Shown here: positions 1 through 11,234 of the stretch, in pieces
Numbering within the stretch: position 1 is the first letter of the stretch
Layout of the letters: every line of letters begins with the position of its first letter
Assembly (NCBI GenBank): GCA_023665905.1
Contig: JAMPDA010000002.1
Span: 27,832 to 91,831, forward strand
DNA from: Roseburia sp.
GTDB taxonomy: Bacteria; Bacillota; Clostridia; Christensenellales; Pumilibacteraceae
DNA: 64,000 bases
Direction of reading: 5' to 3'
Notes under the pieces: generated by a model
Database searches by the model: none
Seen by the model: the letters and a program-made list of their open reading frames with translations, nothing else
What the model was told of the DNA's origin: nothing
Translations under genes and position numbers: made by a program

Positions 1-174
1 AACGCCGAGCATAACAGCGATATGTCGGTCGCCGACCTGTTTGTTGCGGAAGCGTACGCGGACGGCGGTCCCACGCTCAAGCGTTATCAGCCGGTCAGCA
101 AGGGCAGAGCGCATCACATTTTGAAGCGCACCAGCCACATAACCGTTATTCTCGACACCAAGGAGGAGCAGTAA
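1..174 (+). CDS. rplV: 50S ribosomal protein L22, 3' part (truncated by window start)
   Basis: Manual frame-1 translation NAEHN...[30 protein letters not shown] matches the L22 C-terminus; lies directly before rpsC. Confidence 0.97.
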   Translation, partial: NAEHNSDMSVADLFVAEAYADGGPTLKRYQPVSKGRAHHILKRTSHITVILDTKEEQ

Positions 175-176
175 TC

Positions 177-857
177 ATGGGACAGAAAGTCAATCCCCAC
201 GGTTTGCGCGTCGGCATTATCGAAAAATGGAATTCGCAGTGGTACGCCAATAAGCGCGAGTTTTCGGCGTTTATCATAGAAGATCACAAGATCCGCGAGC
301 ACATCGAAGCCAAGTACAAGAGCTGCGGCATATCCAAAGTGGTCATCGAGCGTCCGCAGGGCAAAGTGCAGGTTTCCATTCACGCGCAGTTCCCCGGCAA
401 GATCATCGGTCAAAAGCATGTCGGTATCGACGAGCTCAAGAAAAATCTCGAAAAGTACGTCGGCGGCAAAAAGCTGTACGTCAATATCATAGAAGTCAAG
501 CATCCCGATCTCAACGCCAAGCTTTTGGCGGAGAGCATTGCGGCGCAGCTCGAAAAACGCGCGTTCTTCCGCCGCACTATGAAGCAGGCGATGTCCAAAG
601 CCATGCATGCCGGAGCCAAGGGCGTAAAGGTCATGGTCGGCGGACGTTTGGACGGCGCGGAAATAGCGAGAGCGGAGCACTATCAGGAAGGCTCCATTCC
701 GCTGCAGACGCTTCGTGCCGACATAGATTACGGGTTCTGCATCGCGCACACCACCTTCGGCGTTTTGGGCGTAAAGGTGTGGATATACAAAGGCGACGTT
801 TTGGGCGCGCAGCAAGCGACGGCCGAAAAGACAGCCGATTTTAAGGAGGGCGAATAA
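177..857 (+). CDS. rpsC: 30S ribosomal protein S3
   Basis: [13 protein letters not shown] start, [12 protein letters not shown] motif, S10 operon order. Confidence 0.99.
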   Translation: MGQKVNPHGLRVGIIEKWNSQWYANKREFSAFIIEDHKIREHIEAKYKSCGISKVVIERPQGKVQVSIHAQFPGKIIGQKHVGIDELKKNLEKYVGGKKLYVNIIEVKHPDLNAKLLAESIAAQLEKRAFFRRTMKQAMSKAMHAGAKGVKVMVGGRLDGAEIARAEHYQEGSIPLQTLRADIDYGFCIAHTTFGVLGVKVWIYKGDVLGAQQATAEKTADFKEGE

Positions 858-1333
858 TGCTCAGTCCCAACAAAGTCAAACACCGCAGAGTCCAGCGCGG
901 CAGAATGAAAGGCAAAGCGGCTCGCGGCAATAAGATAGCATACGGCGAGTACGCGCTCGTCAGCGAAGATCCGGGCAGGATCACCTCCAACCAGATAGAG
1001 GCGGCGCGTGTCGCGATGACGCGATACACCAAGCGCGGCGGCAAGGTTTGGATATGCATATTCCCCCACAAACCGTATTCCAAAAAGCCCGCCGACACCC
1101 GTATGGGTAGCGGTAAGGGCGCGCCGGAATACTGGGCGGCTGTTGTAAAGCCGGGCACGGTGATGTTCGAAATGGCAGGCGTAGCCGAGCCGATCGCGCG
1201 TGAGGCGCTCCGCCTTGCGTCGTACAAACTCCCCGTGCGTTGCAAGATCGCCAAGAAGGGCGAGCCGGGCTACGAGGACGACAACACGGCGGACGCAAGC
1301 GCCGCAGAGCCGTCCGAGGCTAAGGAGGTTTAA
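857..1333 (+). CDS. rplP: 50S ribosomal protein L16 with acidic C-terminal extension
   Basis: [11 protein letters not shown]..., [12 protein letters not shown] motif. Confidence 0.99.
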   Translation: MLSPNKVKHRRVQRGRMKGKAARGNKIAYGEYALVSEDPGRITSNQIEAARVAMTRYTKRGGKVWICIFPHKPYSKKPADTRMGSGKGAPEYWAAVVKPGTVMFEMAGVAEPIAREALRLASYKLPVRCKIAKKGEPGYEDDNTADASAAEPSEAKEV

Positions 1334-1335
1334 CG

Positions 1336-1542
1336 ATGAAAGAAAAAGTTCATGAGCTGAGAGACGACGAATTGCAGCAGAAGCTCGCGTCGCTTAAGAC
1401 CGAGCTGTTCAATCTTCGGTTTTCCCACGCGACGGGTCAGCTTGCAAATCCTTTGCAGATACAAAACGTCAGACGCGACATAGCGCGCGTAAAAACGGTC
1501 ATAAGAGAGCGCGAGCTGCGCGCCGACAAGGAGGCGAAGTAA
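1336..1542 (+). CDS. rpmC: 50S ribosomal protein L29
   Basis: ELFNLRF...GQLANP...RRDIARVKT motif. Confidence 0.98.
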   Translation: MKEKVHELRDDELQQKLASLKTELFNLRFSHATGQLANPLQIQNVRRDIARVKTVIRERELRADKEAK

Positions 1543-1796
1543 TGGAACGCAACGACAGAAAGACCCGCGAAGGTTTGGTCGTATCGAACAAAATGGATAA
1601 AACGGTAGTCGTCTCCGTCACCGAAAAGTACAAGCATCCGCTGTACAAAAAGACGGTCACGCGCCTCAAACGCTTTAAGGCGCACGACGAAAACAACGAG
1701 TGCGGAGTGGGCGACAGAGTGGAGATAATCGAGACCCGTCCCATTTCCAAGGACAAGTGCTGGCGGGTAAACCGCATAGTCGAAAAGGCAAAATAA
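1542..1796 (+). CDS. rpsQ: 30S ribosomal protein S17
   Basis: [27 protein letters not shown] motifs. Confidence 0.99.
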   Translation: MERNDRKTREGLVVSNKMDKTVVVSVTEKYKHPLYKKTVTRLKRFKAHDENNECGVGDRVEIIETRPISKDKCWRVNRIVEKAK

Positions 1797-1940
1797 TAGG
1801 CTACCGCGGAACGCGCGGCGAAACATTTTCGTCGCCTTGCGCAAGAGCCGTGCGTCACGAGCCGCGTTGCGGCAAAAGTACGGACGCATACAGAATACAA
1901 GCAAACGCGCTTAAACCATTTGCGCGTCAAGGAGTAAATC

Positions 1941-2309
1941 ATGATACAGCCTCAATCGTATCTTAAGGTTGCCGACAACACAGGCGCCAAAGAGATAATG
2001 TGTATACAGGTTATGGGCGGGTCCTTCCGTCGGAGCGGAAACATCGGCGACATCATTACTGCGTCGGTCAAGTCCGCGCAGCCGGGCGGCACCGTTAAGA
2101 AGGGCGACGTCGTAAAGGCGGTCATCGTGCGCACCCATCAGGGCGTAAACCGTCCCGACGGCTCGCACATTCGTTTCGACGACAACGCCGCAGTTATAAT
2201 AGACAACCAAAAGCAGCCGCGCGGCACCCGTATATTCGGACCGATCGCGCGCGAACTGCGCGACCGCGACTTCACAAAGATCATATCTTTGGCGCCCGAA
2301 GTACTTTAA
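1941..2309 (+). CDS. rplN: 50S ribosomal protein L14
   Basis: [18 protein letters not shown]...IISLAPEVL. Confidence 0.99.
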   Translation: MIQPQSYLKVADNTGAKEIMCIQVMGGSFRRSGNIGDIITASVKSAQPGGTVKKGDVVKAVIVRTHQGVNRPDGSHIRFDDNAAVIIDNQKQPRGTRIFGPIARELRDRDFTKIISLAPEVL

Positions 2310-2324
2310 ACGGAGGATCGGCAA

Positions 2325-2870
2325 ATGAATCTCAACGTCAGAAAAGGCGACAACGTAAAAGTTTTGACGGGCAAAGACCGCGGCAAGACAGGCAAAGTAT
2401 TGGCGACCGATCCCAAGACCGGCAAGGTGTTGGTGGAAGGCGTCAATTACGCCACGCACCATTTAAAAGCGCGTTCGGCGACCGAGCAGGGCGGTAAGAA
2501 AAAGGTAGAAGCTCCCCTCGACGTCAGCAATGTGCAGATCATATGCCCGTCGTGCGGTCAGAACGTGCGCGTGCGCCATCAGAAGATCGACGGCAAAAAC
2601 GCGCGCATATGCGTCAAATGCGGAGCGAGCTTGGACGCGGCGTTAAAGGCGGACAAGAGCAAAAAGAAGGCGGACAAAAAAGCCAAAAAGGCAAAAACCG
2701 CCGAGCAGGCAGCCGAAGCTGCCGAGGCGACGCAGAACGAAGCGCCTGCCGAGGAAGTGAAAAAGCCGACCGCAAAAAAGACCGCGGCAAAGAAGCCCGC
2801 GGCTAAGAAAGCGGCAGAAAAAGAAGTTCCCGTCGGCGAAGCGTCGGACGGTAAAACAAGTAAGGAGTAA
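2325..2870 (+). CDS. rplX: 50S ribosomal protein L24 with long Lys/Ala/Glu-rich C-terminal tail
   Basis: [22 protein letters not shown] motif, EAPLDVSNV; low-complexity tail follows. Confidence 0.98.
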   Translation: MNLNVRKGDNVKVLTGKDRGKTGKVLATDPKTGKVLVEGVNYATHHLKARSATEQGGKKKVEAPLDVSNVQIICPSCGQNVRVRHQKIDGKNARICVKCGASLDAALKADKSKKKADKKAKKAKTAEQAAEAAEATQNEAPAEEVKKPTAKKTAAKKPAAKKAAEKEVPVGEASDGKTSKE

Positions 2871-2875
2871 CGGTA

Positions 2876-3499
2876 ATGGCAGAAAAAGCGACCAAAGCCA
2901 AGGCTAAGGCGGACACCGCCGTCAAAGCCGGCAGACCCGAAAAATCGACTAATCCGGAGCGTTACAGGCTTCGCAAGCGTTATAAAGCGGAGATCGTTCC
3001 GCAGCTCATGAAAGAGCGCGGTTACAAGAACGTCAACGAAGTCCCCAAGATCGAGAAAATAGTTCTCAACATGCGTTTGGGCGACATCAAAGACAATTCC
3101 AAGAGCATACAGCTCGCACAGGCGGAGTTAGAGGCTATAGCCGGACAGAAGTGCGTGCTCGTAAAAGCCAAGAAGTCGGTCAGTAACTTCAAGCTTCGCG
3201 AAGGTCAGTCCATAGCGATAAAAGCGACGTTGCGCGGCGAAATGGCGTACGAGTTCTTCGACAGGCTCGTGTCGATAGCGCTTCCGCGCGTGCGCGACTT
3301 CCGCGGAATTTCGGGCAAGTCGTTCGACGGCCGCGGCAACTATGCCGTCGGCGTCAAGGACCAGACGATATTCCCCGAGATATCGTACGAACTTATAGAA
3401 AAGGTGCGCGGCTTCGACGTGGATATCGTCACGACCGCCCGCACCGACGAAGAAGCAAAATTACTGCTGACGAAGCTCGGCATGCCGTTCAAAAATTAA
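2876..3499 (+). CDS. rplE: 50S ribosomal protein L5 with N-terminal extension
   Basis: [27 protein letters not shown] motifs. Confidence 0.99.
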   Translation: MAEKATKAKAKADTAVKAGRPEKSTNPERYRLRKRYKAEIVPQLMKERGYKNVNEVPKIEKIVLNMRLGDIKDNSKSIQLAQAELEAIAGQKCVLVKAKKSVSNFKLREGQSIAIKATLRGEMAYEFFDRLVSIALPRVRDFRGISGKSFDGRGNYAVGVKDQTIFPEISYELIEKVRGFDVDIVTTARTDEEAKLLLTKLGMPFKN

Positions 3500-3509
3500 G
3501 GAGTGAATT

Positions 3510-3695
3510 ATGGCTAAAAAAGCGATGATCAACAAACAGCAAAGAGTGCCGAAGTACAAGACGCGCGCTTACACGCGTTGCAGTATCTGCGGCCGTCCGC
3601 ATTCGGTGCTCAAAAAGTACGGCGTATGCAGAATTTGCTTTCGCGAGCTTGCGTATAAGGGAGAGATCCCCGGCGTAAAGAAGTCGAGCTGGTAA
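3510..3695 (+). CDS. rpsN: 30S ribosomal protein S14, Zn-binding (type Z) form
   Basis: 61 aa with CSIC...CRIC zinc motifs. Confidence 0.98.
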   Translation: MAKKAMINKQQRVPKYKTRAYTRCSICGRPHSVLKKYGVCRICFRELAYKGEIPGVKKSSW

Positions 3696-3708
3696 GGAGG
3701 TATAAGTT

Positions 3709-4104
3709 ATGGTAACAACAGATCCTATCGCGGATTTGCTTACGAGAATCCGAAACGCTATCACCGCGCGGCACGAAACCGTATTGATACCCAATTCCAA
3801 GATGAAAAAATCGATCGTCGATATTCTCGTCAACGAAGGGTTTGTGTCGTCGTGCGAAATAACGGAAGAAAACGGTCACAGCAATATCAAAGCCGTGCTC
3901 AAGTACGACGGCAAAAGAAATGCAATTACCAATCTCAAGCGCATATCGAAGCCCGGTCTTCGCGTGTACTGCGGATGTGAAGACCTGCCCAAGGTACTCG
4001 GCGGCTACGGTATCGCCATCATATCCACATCGCGCGGCGTCATGACCGACAAAAAAGCGCGCGAGCTCAAGGTGGGCGGCGAAGTGCTCGCCTACGTGTG
4101 GTAG
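3709..4104 (+). CDS. rpsH: 30S ribosomal protein S8
   Basis: [31 protein letters not shown]. Confidence 0.99.
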   Translation: MVTTDPIADLLTRIRNAITARHETVLIPNSKMKKSIVDILVNEGFVSSCEITEENGHSNIKAVLKYDGKRNAITNLKRISKPGLRVYCGCEDLPKVLGGYGIAIISTSRGVMTDKKARELKVGGEVLAYVW

Positions 4105-4113
4105 GAGGTAGGT

Positions 4114-4659
4114 ATGTCGCGTATAGGCAGAAAACATATCGATGTGCCGGCGGACGTAACGGTTTCGTTTGCGGACGGCGTAGTCACAGTCAAGGGCAAG
4201 CTCGGCGAGCTTAAGCAGGAGATAAAATCTCCCGACATAAAAGTCGTCATCGGCTCGGGCGTGGTAAACGTAGAGCGCGCCAACGACGACAAGCAGACCC
4301 GTGCGTACCACGGTCTTTACCGCCAGCTTATAGCCAACATGGTATCCGGCGTACAAAAGCCGTTCACCAAAACGCTCATCGTAGCCGGCGTAGGTTACAA
4401 AGTAGCGGTCAACGGAAACAAGCTCGTCATGAACATCGGCTATTCCAAGCCTGTGGAATACATCATTCCCGAGGGCATTACGGTCGCATGTCCCGATCCG
4501 CTTACGATAGCGGTGAGCGGCATCAACAAGGAATTCGTCGGCGAGGTCGCGGCTCAGATAAAAGCCAAACGTCCGGTCGAGCCGTATCACGGCTACGGCT
4601 TGCACTACAGCGACGAAGTCGTAGTCCGCAAGGAAGCCAAGACGGCAGGTAAGAAATAG
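4114..4659 (+). CDS. rplF: 50S ribosomal protein L6
   Basis: MSRIGRK start, [13 protein letters not shown]. Confidence 0.99.
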   Translation: MSRIGRKHIDVPADVTVSFADGVVTVKGKLGELKQEIKSPDIKVVIGSGVVNVERANDDKQTRAYHGLYRQLIANMVSGVQKPFTKTLIVAGVGYKVAVNGNKLVMNIGYSKPVEYIIPEGITVACPDPLTIAVSGINKEFVGEVAAQIKAKRPVEPYHGYGLHYSDEVVVRKEAKTAGKK

Positions 4660-4670
4660 GAGAACGGGTT

Positions 4671-5033
4671 ATGATCAAAAAGATAGATAAAAACAAAGTT
4701 CGCGCAAAGCGTCACGAGCGGTTGCGTCACAACCTCAAGGGCACGGCGCAGCGTCCGCGCCTTGCGGTCTACCGCTCTACGAGCCATATATACGTGCAGG
4801 TCATCGACGACGACAAGGGCGTGACCCTCGTATCGAGCAGCACGCTCGTCAAGGGCGCCGATCTGTCCGGCAAGACCAAAACGCAGCAGGCGGAGTTTGT
4901 CGGCAAGGATATTGCCGCCAAAGCCAAAAAGAAAGGCATAACCGAAGTGGTTTTCGACCGCGGCGGATATCTGTACACAGGCAGAGTGAAAGCGCTCGCC
5001 GACGCGGCAAGAGCCGCCGGACTCACATTCTAG
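4671..5033 (+). CDS. rplR: 50S ribosomal protein L18
   Basis: [31 protein letters not shown]. Confidence 0.99.
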   Translation: MIKKIDKNKVRAKRHERLRHNLKGTAQRPRLAVYRSTSHIYVQVIDDDKGVTLVSSSTLVKGADLSGKTKTQQAEFVGKDIAAKAKKKGITEVVFDRGGYLYTGRVKALADAARAAGLTF

Positions 5034-5043
5034 GAGCTTAATC

Positions 5044-5568
5044 ATGGCACGCGAAGATTTCAGAAAGAAAAGAGATAAGGACGTCGTAGACGACGGCATC
5101 AAGACCAAGCTCGTCGCCACTCGGCGCGTATGCAAGGTCGTTAAGGGCGGTCGCAACAGCAGCTTTGCCGCGCTTGTAGTCGCAGGCGACGGCAAGGGCA
5201 GAGTGGGCGTCGGCATGGGCAAAGCGACGGAAGTTCCCGAAGCCATCAAAAAGGCGGAACAGGCGGCGCGGCGCAACATGAAAACCATTTCGCTCAACGG
5301 CACGTCCATTCCGCACGAAGCGCTCGGCAAGTTCGCATGCAGCAAAGTTCTGTTGCGTCCGGCAGCCGAAGGTCGAGGCGTCATAGCCGGCGGCAGCGTC
5401 CGCGCGGTGCTCGAGCTGTGCGGCATAAACAACATCACGACCAAGTGCTACGGCTCGCGCAACCCCATCAACGTGGTCAAAGCTACGATGAACGCGCTCA
5501 CCTCGCTGCGCACTCTCGATCAGGTCGCCGCTCTGCGCGGAAAGACCGTAGACGAGATCCTCGGCTGA
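5044..5568 (+). CDS. rpsE: 30S ribosomal protein S5
   Basis: KVVKGGR...FAALVVAGDGKGRVG, GVIAGG. Confidence 0.99.
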   Translation: MAREDFRKKRDKDVVDDGIKTKLVATRRVCKVVKGGRNSSFAALVVAGDGKGRVGVGMGKATEVPEAIKKAEQAARRNMKTISLNGTSIPHEALGKFACSKVLLRPAAEGRGVIAGGSVRAVLELCGINNITTKCYGSRNPINVVKATMNALTSLRTLDQVAALRGKTVDEILG

Positions 5569-5635
5569 TAGCGCCGTACAAGACGGCAAACAACAACGAC
5601 GGCAAGCGTCCGGCGACACAGGAGGTCATTGTAAA

Positions 5636-5836
5636 ATGGCGAAAAAGACTGAAAACAAAAAGCTAAACGTCACGCTCGTAAAAAGCACTGCGGGACGTCT
5701 GGAAAAACAGCAGCGCACGGTTGAGGCGCTCGGGCTTAAAAAGATACACCAAACGGTGACCGTTCAGGACACGCCGGCTATGCGCGGCATGATAAGAACG
5801 GTATGTCACCTCGTTACGGTGACCGAAGCGGAGTAA
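5636..5836 (+). CDS. rpmD: 50S ribosomal protein L30
   Basis: TLVKS...TVEALGLKK...TPAMRGMI. Confidence 0.97.
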   Translation: MAKKTENKKLNVTLVKSTAGRLEKQQRTVEALGLKKIHQTVTVQDTPAMRGMIRTVCHLVTVTEAE

Positions 5837-5921
5837 CCGTACGGCGCGCCCTTGCGCGGCGAGGGCAAACGGCTCGGCATAAAACGCAATCGTCGAGCGT
5901 CAATAGGAGGAACAGCAAATC

Positions 5922-6371
5922 ATGAAAATGCATGCATTGATGCCGGCGGACGGCGCAAATACCAAGAAGAAACGCTTGGGTCGCGGTACCGGCTCCGGTC
6001 TCGGCAAGACGTCCGGCAAGGGACATAAAGGTCAGTGGGCGCGCAGCGGCGGCGGCGTACGTCCCGGCTTCGAGGGCGGTCAGATAACGCTCATGCGCAG
6101 ACTGCCCAAGCGCGGTTTCAACAACAAATTCCAAAAGGAATTTTCGGTCGTCAACGTTGACAAGCTCAATGCTTTTGCCGACGGCACGGTCGTGGACCTC
6201 AAGCTCTTGGTCGAAGCCGGCGTAGTCAAAAAGGTCGAAGCTTACGGGCTTAAAATACTCGGCGACGGCGAGCTCACCAAAAAGCTCACGGTCAAAGCGG
6301 CTAAGTTCACCGCTTCCGCCAAAGAAAAAATAGAAAAAGCGGGTGGAAAGGCAGAGGTCGTAAATGTTTGA
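5922..6371 (+). CDS. rplO: 50S ribosomal protein L15
   Basis: [27 protein letters not shown]. Confidence 0.99.
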   Translation: MKMHALMPADGANTKKKRLGRGTGSGLGKTSGKGHKGQWARSGGGVRPGFEGGQITLMRRLPKRGFNNKFQKEFSVVNVDKLNAFADGTVVDLKLLVEAGVVKKVEAYGLKILGDGELTKKLTVKAAKFTASAKEKIEKAGGKAEVVNV

Positions 6372-7665
6372 AACGCTTAAAAATGCTTTCAAAAACAAAG
6401 AGGTCCGCACAAAGCTTTTAATAACCATCGGACTTCTGTTTATATACCGCCTCGGCTGCTGGATCCCCGTACCGGGCATAGCTGCGTCCGTTTATGCGGA
6501 CAGCGTTACGTCCGACTCGCTGCTCGGGCTCTTGAGCGGCATCACGGGTAGCGCGTTGCAAAACGGCGCGTTGTTTGCCATAGGTATAACGCCGTACATC
6601 AACGCCTCGATTATTTTGCAACTGCTCACCGTCGCCATTCCGCGCCTGCAGGAATATCAAAAGCAGGGCGACGACGGCAAAAAGAAGATCACTCAGATCA
6701 CGCGATATATAACGATCGTTCTCGCGCTGGCGCAGTCCATCGGCATTACCGTTTCTTACGGCCGCGCAGGCGCGCTGTCCAACGACGTGTTCGGTCCGAT
6801 GACGCAGGAATGGCTGATAGGCATGTTCGTATGCGTACTGCTCGTCGCCGGCTCGATGTTCACCATGTGGCTGGGCGAGCGCATTACGGACTACGGCGTA
6901 GGCAACGGCATAAGCCTGCTTATATTCGTAGGTATCGTCGCGACCGCCGGTCTTTCGATAGTCAGCAAATTCCAAGAAGCTTTCGGCGGAAATCAGATGG
7001 CGATTTGGGAGCTTATCGGCTTTGCGATAATGGTGACGCTTGTATTCCTCCTTATAGTCTTTGTGGATCTTGCGGAGCGCCGCGTGCCCGTTCAGTACGC
7101 CAAGCAGATCAAGGGCAGAAAGCAGTACGGCGGACAGAGCACGTTCATTCCCGTAAAAGTCAATGCGAGCGGCGTTCTGCCCATAATCTTCGCAACGGCT
7201 ATAATAACTTTCCCTCAAATGATAGCGCAGCTCGTCGCGCCCAACAGCGGTTTTTACGCCTGGTGGATGAAGTGGCTGGGCGCGGGAAGCTGGATATACT
7301 CCATACTCGTCGCGCTGCTGATACTGTTCTTCTCGTACTTTTACGCACAAATACAGTTCAATCCCGAGGACATCTCGCGAAACATACAGCAGTACGGCGG
7401 ATTTATCAACGGCATACGTCCGGGCAAGCCGACTACCGAGTACCTCTCGCGTATATCCAAAAGATTGACGCTATTCGGCGCGATATATCTCGCGTTCATA
7501 GCGCTCGTTCCGTCGGTCATTTTCGCGGCGGTGCTGAGCGACGCGACGCTCGTCAACGCGTTCTCCGCAACGGGAATGCTCATCGTTGTGTCCGTCGCAT
7601 TGGAGTTCGACAAACAGCTTCAGAGCCTTATGATGATGAAGCAGTACAAGGGCTTTTTAAAGTAA
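6364..7665 (+). CDS. secY: preprotein translocase subunit SecY
   Basis: Multi-TM; [34 protein letters not shown] motifs. Confidence 0.99.
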   Translation: MFETLKNAFKNKEVRTKLLITIGLLFIYRLGCWIPVPGIAASVYADSVTSDSLLGLLSGITGSALQNGALFAIGITPYINASIILQLLTVAIPRLQEYQKQGDDGKKKITQITRYITIVLALAQSIGITVSYGRAGALSNDVFGPMTQEWLIGMFVCVLLVAGSMFTMWLGERITDYGVGNGISLLIFVGIVATAGLSIVSKFQEAFGGNQMAIWELIGFAIMVTLVFLLIVFVDLAERRVPVQYAKQIKGRKQYGGQSTFIPVKVNASGVLPIIFATAIITFPQMIAQLVAPNSGFYAWWMKWLGAGSWIYSILVALLILFFSYFYAQIQFNPEDISRNIQQYGGFINGIRPGKPTTEYLSRISKRLTLFGAIYLAFIALVPSVIFAAVLSDATLVNAFSATGMLIVVSVALEFDKQLQSLMMMKQYKGFLK

Positions 7666-7726
7666 GTCCCGAGCGGGTATCCCGCAAAATTCGGTCGCGT
7701 GCGATGTCGCACCGCAAGGAGGCAGC

Positions 7727-8344
7727 ATGAACATCATAATAATGGGCGCGCCCGGGTCGGGCAAAGGCACGCAAGCCGCGCTTATCTGCAAAGCGCACGA
7801 CATTCCGCACATCTCGACGGGCGATCTTCTCCGCAAGAACATAGCGGACGGCACCGAGCTCGGCAAACAGGCAAAGGCGTTCATGGACGCCGGAAAGCTC
7901 GTTCCCGACGAACTCGTCATCGCGCTGTTAAAGGCGCGGCTGTCCGAGGCGGACTGCAAAAACGGGTTCCTGCTCGACGGGTTTCCGAGAAACGAAGCGC
8001 AAGCCGACGAGCTTGCCAAAGTGACGAAGATAGACGTCGCGCTGAACCTTGAAACAGACCTCGATAAGCTCGCGGACCGCATGGCAAGCCGCAGGACTTG
8101 CACTAAGTGCGGTTTCACCACGAGCGCATCCGCCGCTCCCGACGGCAAGTGCAAGCAGTGCGGCGCAGACCTCGTCATTCGCGACGACGACAAGCGCGAA
8201 GTCGTGGAGAACAGACTTAAGGTCTATGCGGAAAACACCGCGCCGCTCGTCGGGTACTACAAAAAAGCCGGCGTGCTCAAAAACATCGACGGCATGGCTT
8301 CGATAGAAGCGGTAAACGCGGATATCGAAAAAGCTCTCCGATGA
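7727..8344 (+). CDS. adk: adenylate kinase (Zn-lid type)
   Basis: GAPGSGKGTQA P-loop, LDGFPR, CxxC lid motifs. Confidence 0.99.
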   Translation: MNIIIMGAPGSGKGTQAALICKAHDIPHISTGDLLRKNIADGTELGKQAKAFMDAGKLVPDELVIALLKARLSEADCKNGFLLDGFPRNEAQADELAKVTKIDVALNLETDLDKLADRMASRRTCTKCGFTTSASAAPDGKCKQCGADLVIRDDDKREVVENRLKVYAENTAPLVGYYKKAGVLKNIDGMASIEAVNADIEKALR

Positions 8345-9081
8345 TAGTCAAGACCGAAGCCGAACGCAACGGCATGCGCGCCGCCGGTCGCGTCGTCAAA
8401 GCGGCGCTCGACGCGGCGGAAAAGTTCATTAAGGTCGGTGTCACCACCCTCGAGATCGACGCGGTCGTCGAGGAAACGATACGCAGTATGGGCGCTATCC
8501 CGTCGTCCAAAGGCTTTCAGGGCTACCCCAACGCGTCGTGCATATCGGTAAACGACGTAGTGGTCCACGGGATACCGTCTTTGGCGGTCGTTAAAGACGG
8601 AGACATAGTGTCTGTAGACATTACCGCACTTTTAAACGGATATCAAAGCGACGCCGCGCGCACCTTTGCGGTCGGCAACGTGTCCGCGCAGGACCGCGCG
8701 CTCATCGGCGCGGCGGAAGCGGCGTTCGCCGCCGGCATAGAGTATGCCGTTTCGGGCAATCGCGTGGGCGACGTGTCGAGCGCCATACAGCTCTATTCCG
8801 AGCTGCACGGTTATGGAGTAGTTCGCGCGCTCACCGGTCACGGCATAGGCAGAAGGATGCACGAGCCGCCCGAGGTGCCCAACTTCGGCAAGCGCCGCAC
8901 GGGCGCACCGCTCAAAGCCGGCATGTGCTTGGCTATCGAGCCGATGATAACGCGAGGTGATTGGCGCGTGTACTGCGAGCGCGACGGCTGGACGGTCCGC
9001 ACAGCGGACGGAAGCAACGCGGCGCACTACGAAAACACGGTCATCGTCACCGACGGCGCGCCCGAAATTCTCACTCTTTAG
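8341..9081 (+). CDS. map: type I methionine aminopeptidase
   Basis: CISVNDVVVHGIP, GHGIGRRMHE, AIEPMI, AAHYENT. Confidence 0.98.
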   Translation: MIVKTEAERNGMRAAGRVVKAALDAAEKFIKVGVTTLEIDAVVEETIRSMGAIPSSKGFQGYPNASCISVNDVVVHGIPSLAVVKDGDIVSVDITALLNGYQSDAARTFAVGNVSAQDRALIGAAEAAFAAGIEYAVSGNRVGDVSSAIQLYSELHGYGVVRALTGHGIGRRMHEPPEVPNFGKRRTGAPLKAGMCLAIEPMITRGDWRVYCERDGWTVRTADGSNAAHYENTVIVTDGAPEILTL

Positions 9082-9090
9082 CGAGGGGTC

Positions 9091-9345
9091 ATGGAAACGG
9101 GCGACATAGTTATCAGTCTGGCGGGACACGACCGCGGCAAGCCGTTTGTCATAGTCGCACAGGTGAGCGAAAAGTTTGCGCTCATCGCCGACGGGCAGAC
9201 GCGGAGCTTGGAAAACCCAAAGCTCAAACGAACCAAGCATTTACGGGCAGTCGAAAAAAGCGGACTGGAAAACCCGTCGAACGCATCGCTGAAAAAGCGA
9301 TTGAAAAAATTTATCTCGGAAAGGAGGGTATATGCCGAGAAGTGA
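9091..9345 (+). CDS. KOW-domain RNA-binding protein (L14e-like)
   Basis: [17 protein letters not shown] motif; usual position between map and infA in Clostridia. Confidence 0.9.
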   Translation: METGDIVISLAGHDRGKPFVIVAQVSEKFALIADGQTRSLENPKLKRTKHLRAVEKSGLENPSNASLKKRLKKFISERRVYAEK

Positions 9346-9553
9346 CAATATCGAAGCCGAAGGCACCGTCGAAGAATGTTTGCCGGGGACCAAGTTCAAG
9401 GTAAAGCTCGACAACGGCGCAACGGTACTGTGTACGATAGCAGGCAAAATGCGTGTCAACTACATCAAGGTACTGCTGGGCGACAGAGTTAAAGTAGCGA
9501 TATCGCCCTACGACATCACAAAAGGCATAATCACGTTCCGCAGCAAAAATTAG
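9332..9553 (+). CDS. infA: translation initiation factor IF-1
   Basis: EGTVEECLP...[17 protein letters not shown]...SPYD. Confidence 0.98.
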   Translation: MPRSDNIEAEGTVEECLPGTKFKVKLDNGATVLCTIAGKMRVNYIKVLLGDRVKVAISPYDITKGIITFRSKN

Positions 9554-9599
9554 CTTTGGCAACGAAGCTCCGATCCAAAACCTCAATAGGAGAAACATC

Positions 9600-9716
9600 A
9601 TGAAAGTCAGATCTTCCGTAAAACCCATGTGCGACAAGTGCAAAGTGATCCGCCGTCACGGCAAGGTCATGGTCATTTGCAGCAAAAACCCCAGCCATAA
9701 ACAGCGTCAGGGCTAA
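9600..9716 (+). CDS. rpmJ: 50S ribosomal protein L36 (below ORF-track cutoff)
   Basis: Manual translation [38 protein letters not shown]; RBS AGGAG upstream. Confidence 0.99.
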   Translation: MKVRSSVKPMCDKCKVIRRHGKVMVICSKNPSHKQRQG

Positions 9717-9813
9717 GCCGAAATCAACCGCGCGCGCTTTTTCCGCGACATTCCACACGGCAGAAGCGCACACGAACCAAATAAACAAACAAATCATTTA
9801 AGGAGTCATCAAA

Positions 9814-10191
9814 GTGGCAAGAATTGCAGGTATAGATTTGCCCAAAGAAAAACGCGTCGAAATCGGACTTACTTATATTTACGGTATCGGCCGCCCTACG
9901 GCAAATAAAATTCTGAAAGCGACGGGCATCGACCCGAACGTACGCGTCAAAGACTTGACCGGCGAGCAGGAAAACGCGCTTCGTACCTATATAGACAAAA
10001 ACGTCAAGGTGGAAGGCGATCTTCACCGCGAAGTCGAGCTCAACATCAAACGCCTCAAGGATATAGGCTGCTATCGCGGCGTAAGACACCGCAAAAATCT
10101 GCCCGTTCGCGGACAGAACACCAAGCAGAACGCGCGCACGCGGAAAGGTCCGAAGCGCACGGTATCGCGCAGCAAGAAGAAGGAGCGCTAA
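9814..10191 (+). CDS. rpsM: 30S ribosomal protein S13
   Basis: [25 protein letters not shown]. Confidence 0.99.
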   Translation: MARIAGIDLPKEKRVEIGLTYIYGIGRPTANKILKATGIDPNVRVKDLTGEQENALRTYIDKNVKVEGDLHREVELNIKRLKDIGCYRGVRHRKNLPVRGQNTKQNARTRKGPKRTVSRSKKKER

Positions 10192-10194
10192 ACC

Positions 10195-10584
10195 ATGGCA
10201 GGCAAAAAGACAACGACAAGAAAAAAGATAACCAAAAATATCGACAAGGGCTGCGTCCACATTCATGCGTCGTTCAACAACACCATCGTCACGGTAACGG
10301 ACGAGCAGGGCAACGTTTTGACGCAGTGCTCCGCCGGCGCGCTCAAGTTCAGCGGATCGCGTAAGTCCACGCCGTATGCGGCGCAGATGGCGGCGGAAGA
10401 AGCCGGACGTCGCGCCATGGAGCACGGACTGCGTTCCGTCAAAGTATTCGTAAAAGGACCGGGCTCGGGCAGAGAGTCCGCTATTCGCGCGATGGAAGTC
10501 GTGGGCTTGCAGGTCACGGAGATCAACGACGTGTCGCCCATTCCGCACAACGGCTGCCGTCCGCCCAAACGTCGGAGAGTGTAA
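10195..10584 (+). CDS. rpsK: 30S ribosomal protein S11
   Basis: [33 protein letters not shown]. Confidence 0.99.
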   Translation: MAGKKTTTRKKITKNIDKGCVHIHASFNNTIVTVTDEQGNVLTQCSAGALKFSGSRKSTPYAAQMAAEEAGRRAMEHGLRSVKVFVKGPGSGRESAIRAMEVVGLQVTEINDVSPIPHNGCRPPKRRRV

Positions 10585-10599
10585 GGAGCGATATAGATC

Positions 10600-11220
10600 A
10601 TGGCAAGAAACATTTGTGCAGATTGCAGACAGTGCCGCCGCGAAGGACAGAAACTGTTTTTAAAGGGCGAGCGCTGCGTATCCAAAAAGTGCGCGATGGA
10701 GCGCCGTCCCGTTCCCCCGGGACCGCACGCCGCCACTCGGCGTAAAAACAGCGAGTACAACACGCAGTTGCGCGAAAAGCAAAAGGTAAAGCGCGCGTAC
10801 GGCGTTTTGGAAAAGCAGTTCAGAATGTACTACGAAAGAGCAGAAGCGCAAAAGGGCGTAACGGGTGAAAACATGCTCGCCATGCTCGAAAAGCGCCTTG
10901 ACAACGTGGTGTTCCGCATGGGCATCGGCGCGTCGCGCAAAATGGCGCGTCAGATAGTCAACCACGGCCACATTCTCGTAAACGGCAAGCGCGTAGACAT
11001 TCCGTCGTATCAGGTAAAGCTCGGCGACGAAATAACCGTAAGAGAAACGAGCCGCGACAACGCGCTCTTCAAAGAGCTGCGCGGCGCGAAGGTAATAATG
11101 CCCAAATGGGTAACGTTCGATACGGAAAACTTCGTCGGTAAAATAGTGGATAACCCCAAGCGCGACGATATCGATCTCAACATCAACGAGCAGCTCATCG
11201 TCGAGTTGTATTCCAAGTAA
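10600..11220 (+). CDS. rpsD: 30S ribosomal protein S4
   Basis: CRQCRREG, LEKRLDNVVFR, HGHILVNG. Confidence 0.99.
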   Translation: MARNICADCRQCRREGQKLFLKGERCVSKKCAMERRPVPPGPHAATRRKNSEYNTQLREKQKVKRAYGVLEKQFRMYYERAEAQKGVTGENMLAMLEKRLDNVVFRMGIGASRKMARQIVNHGHILVNGKRVDIPSYQVKLGDEITVRETSRDNALFKELRGAKVIMPKWVTFDTENFVGKIVDNPKRDDIDLNINEQLIVELYSK

Positions 11221-11234
11221 GGAGATAGCGCACT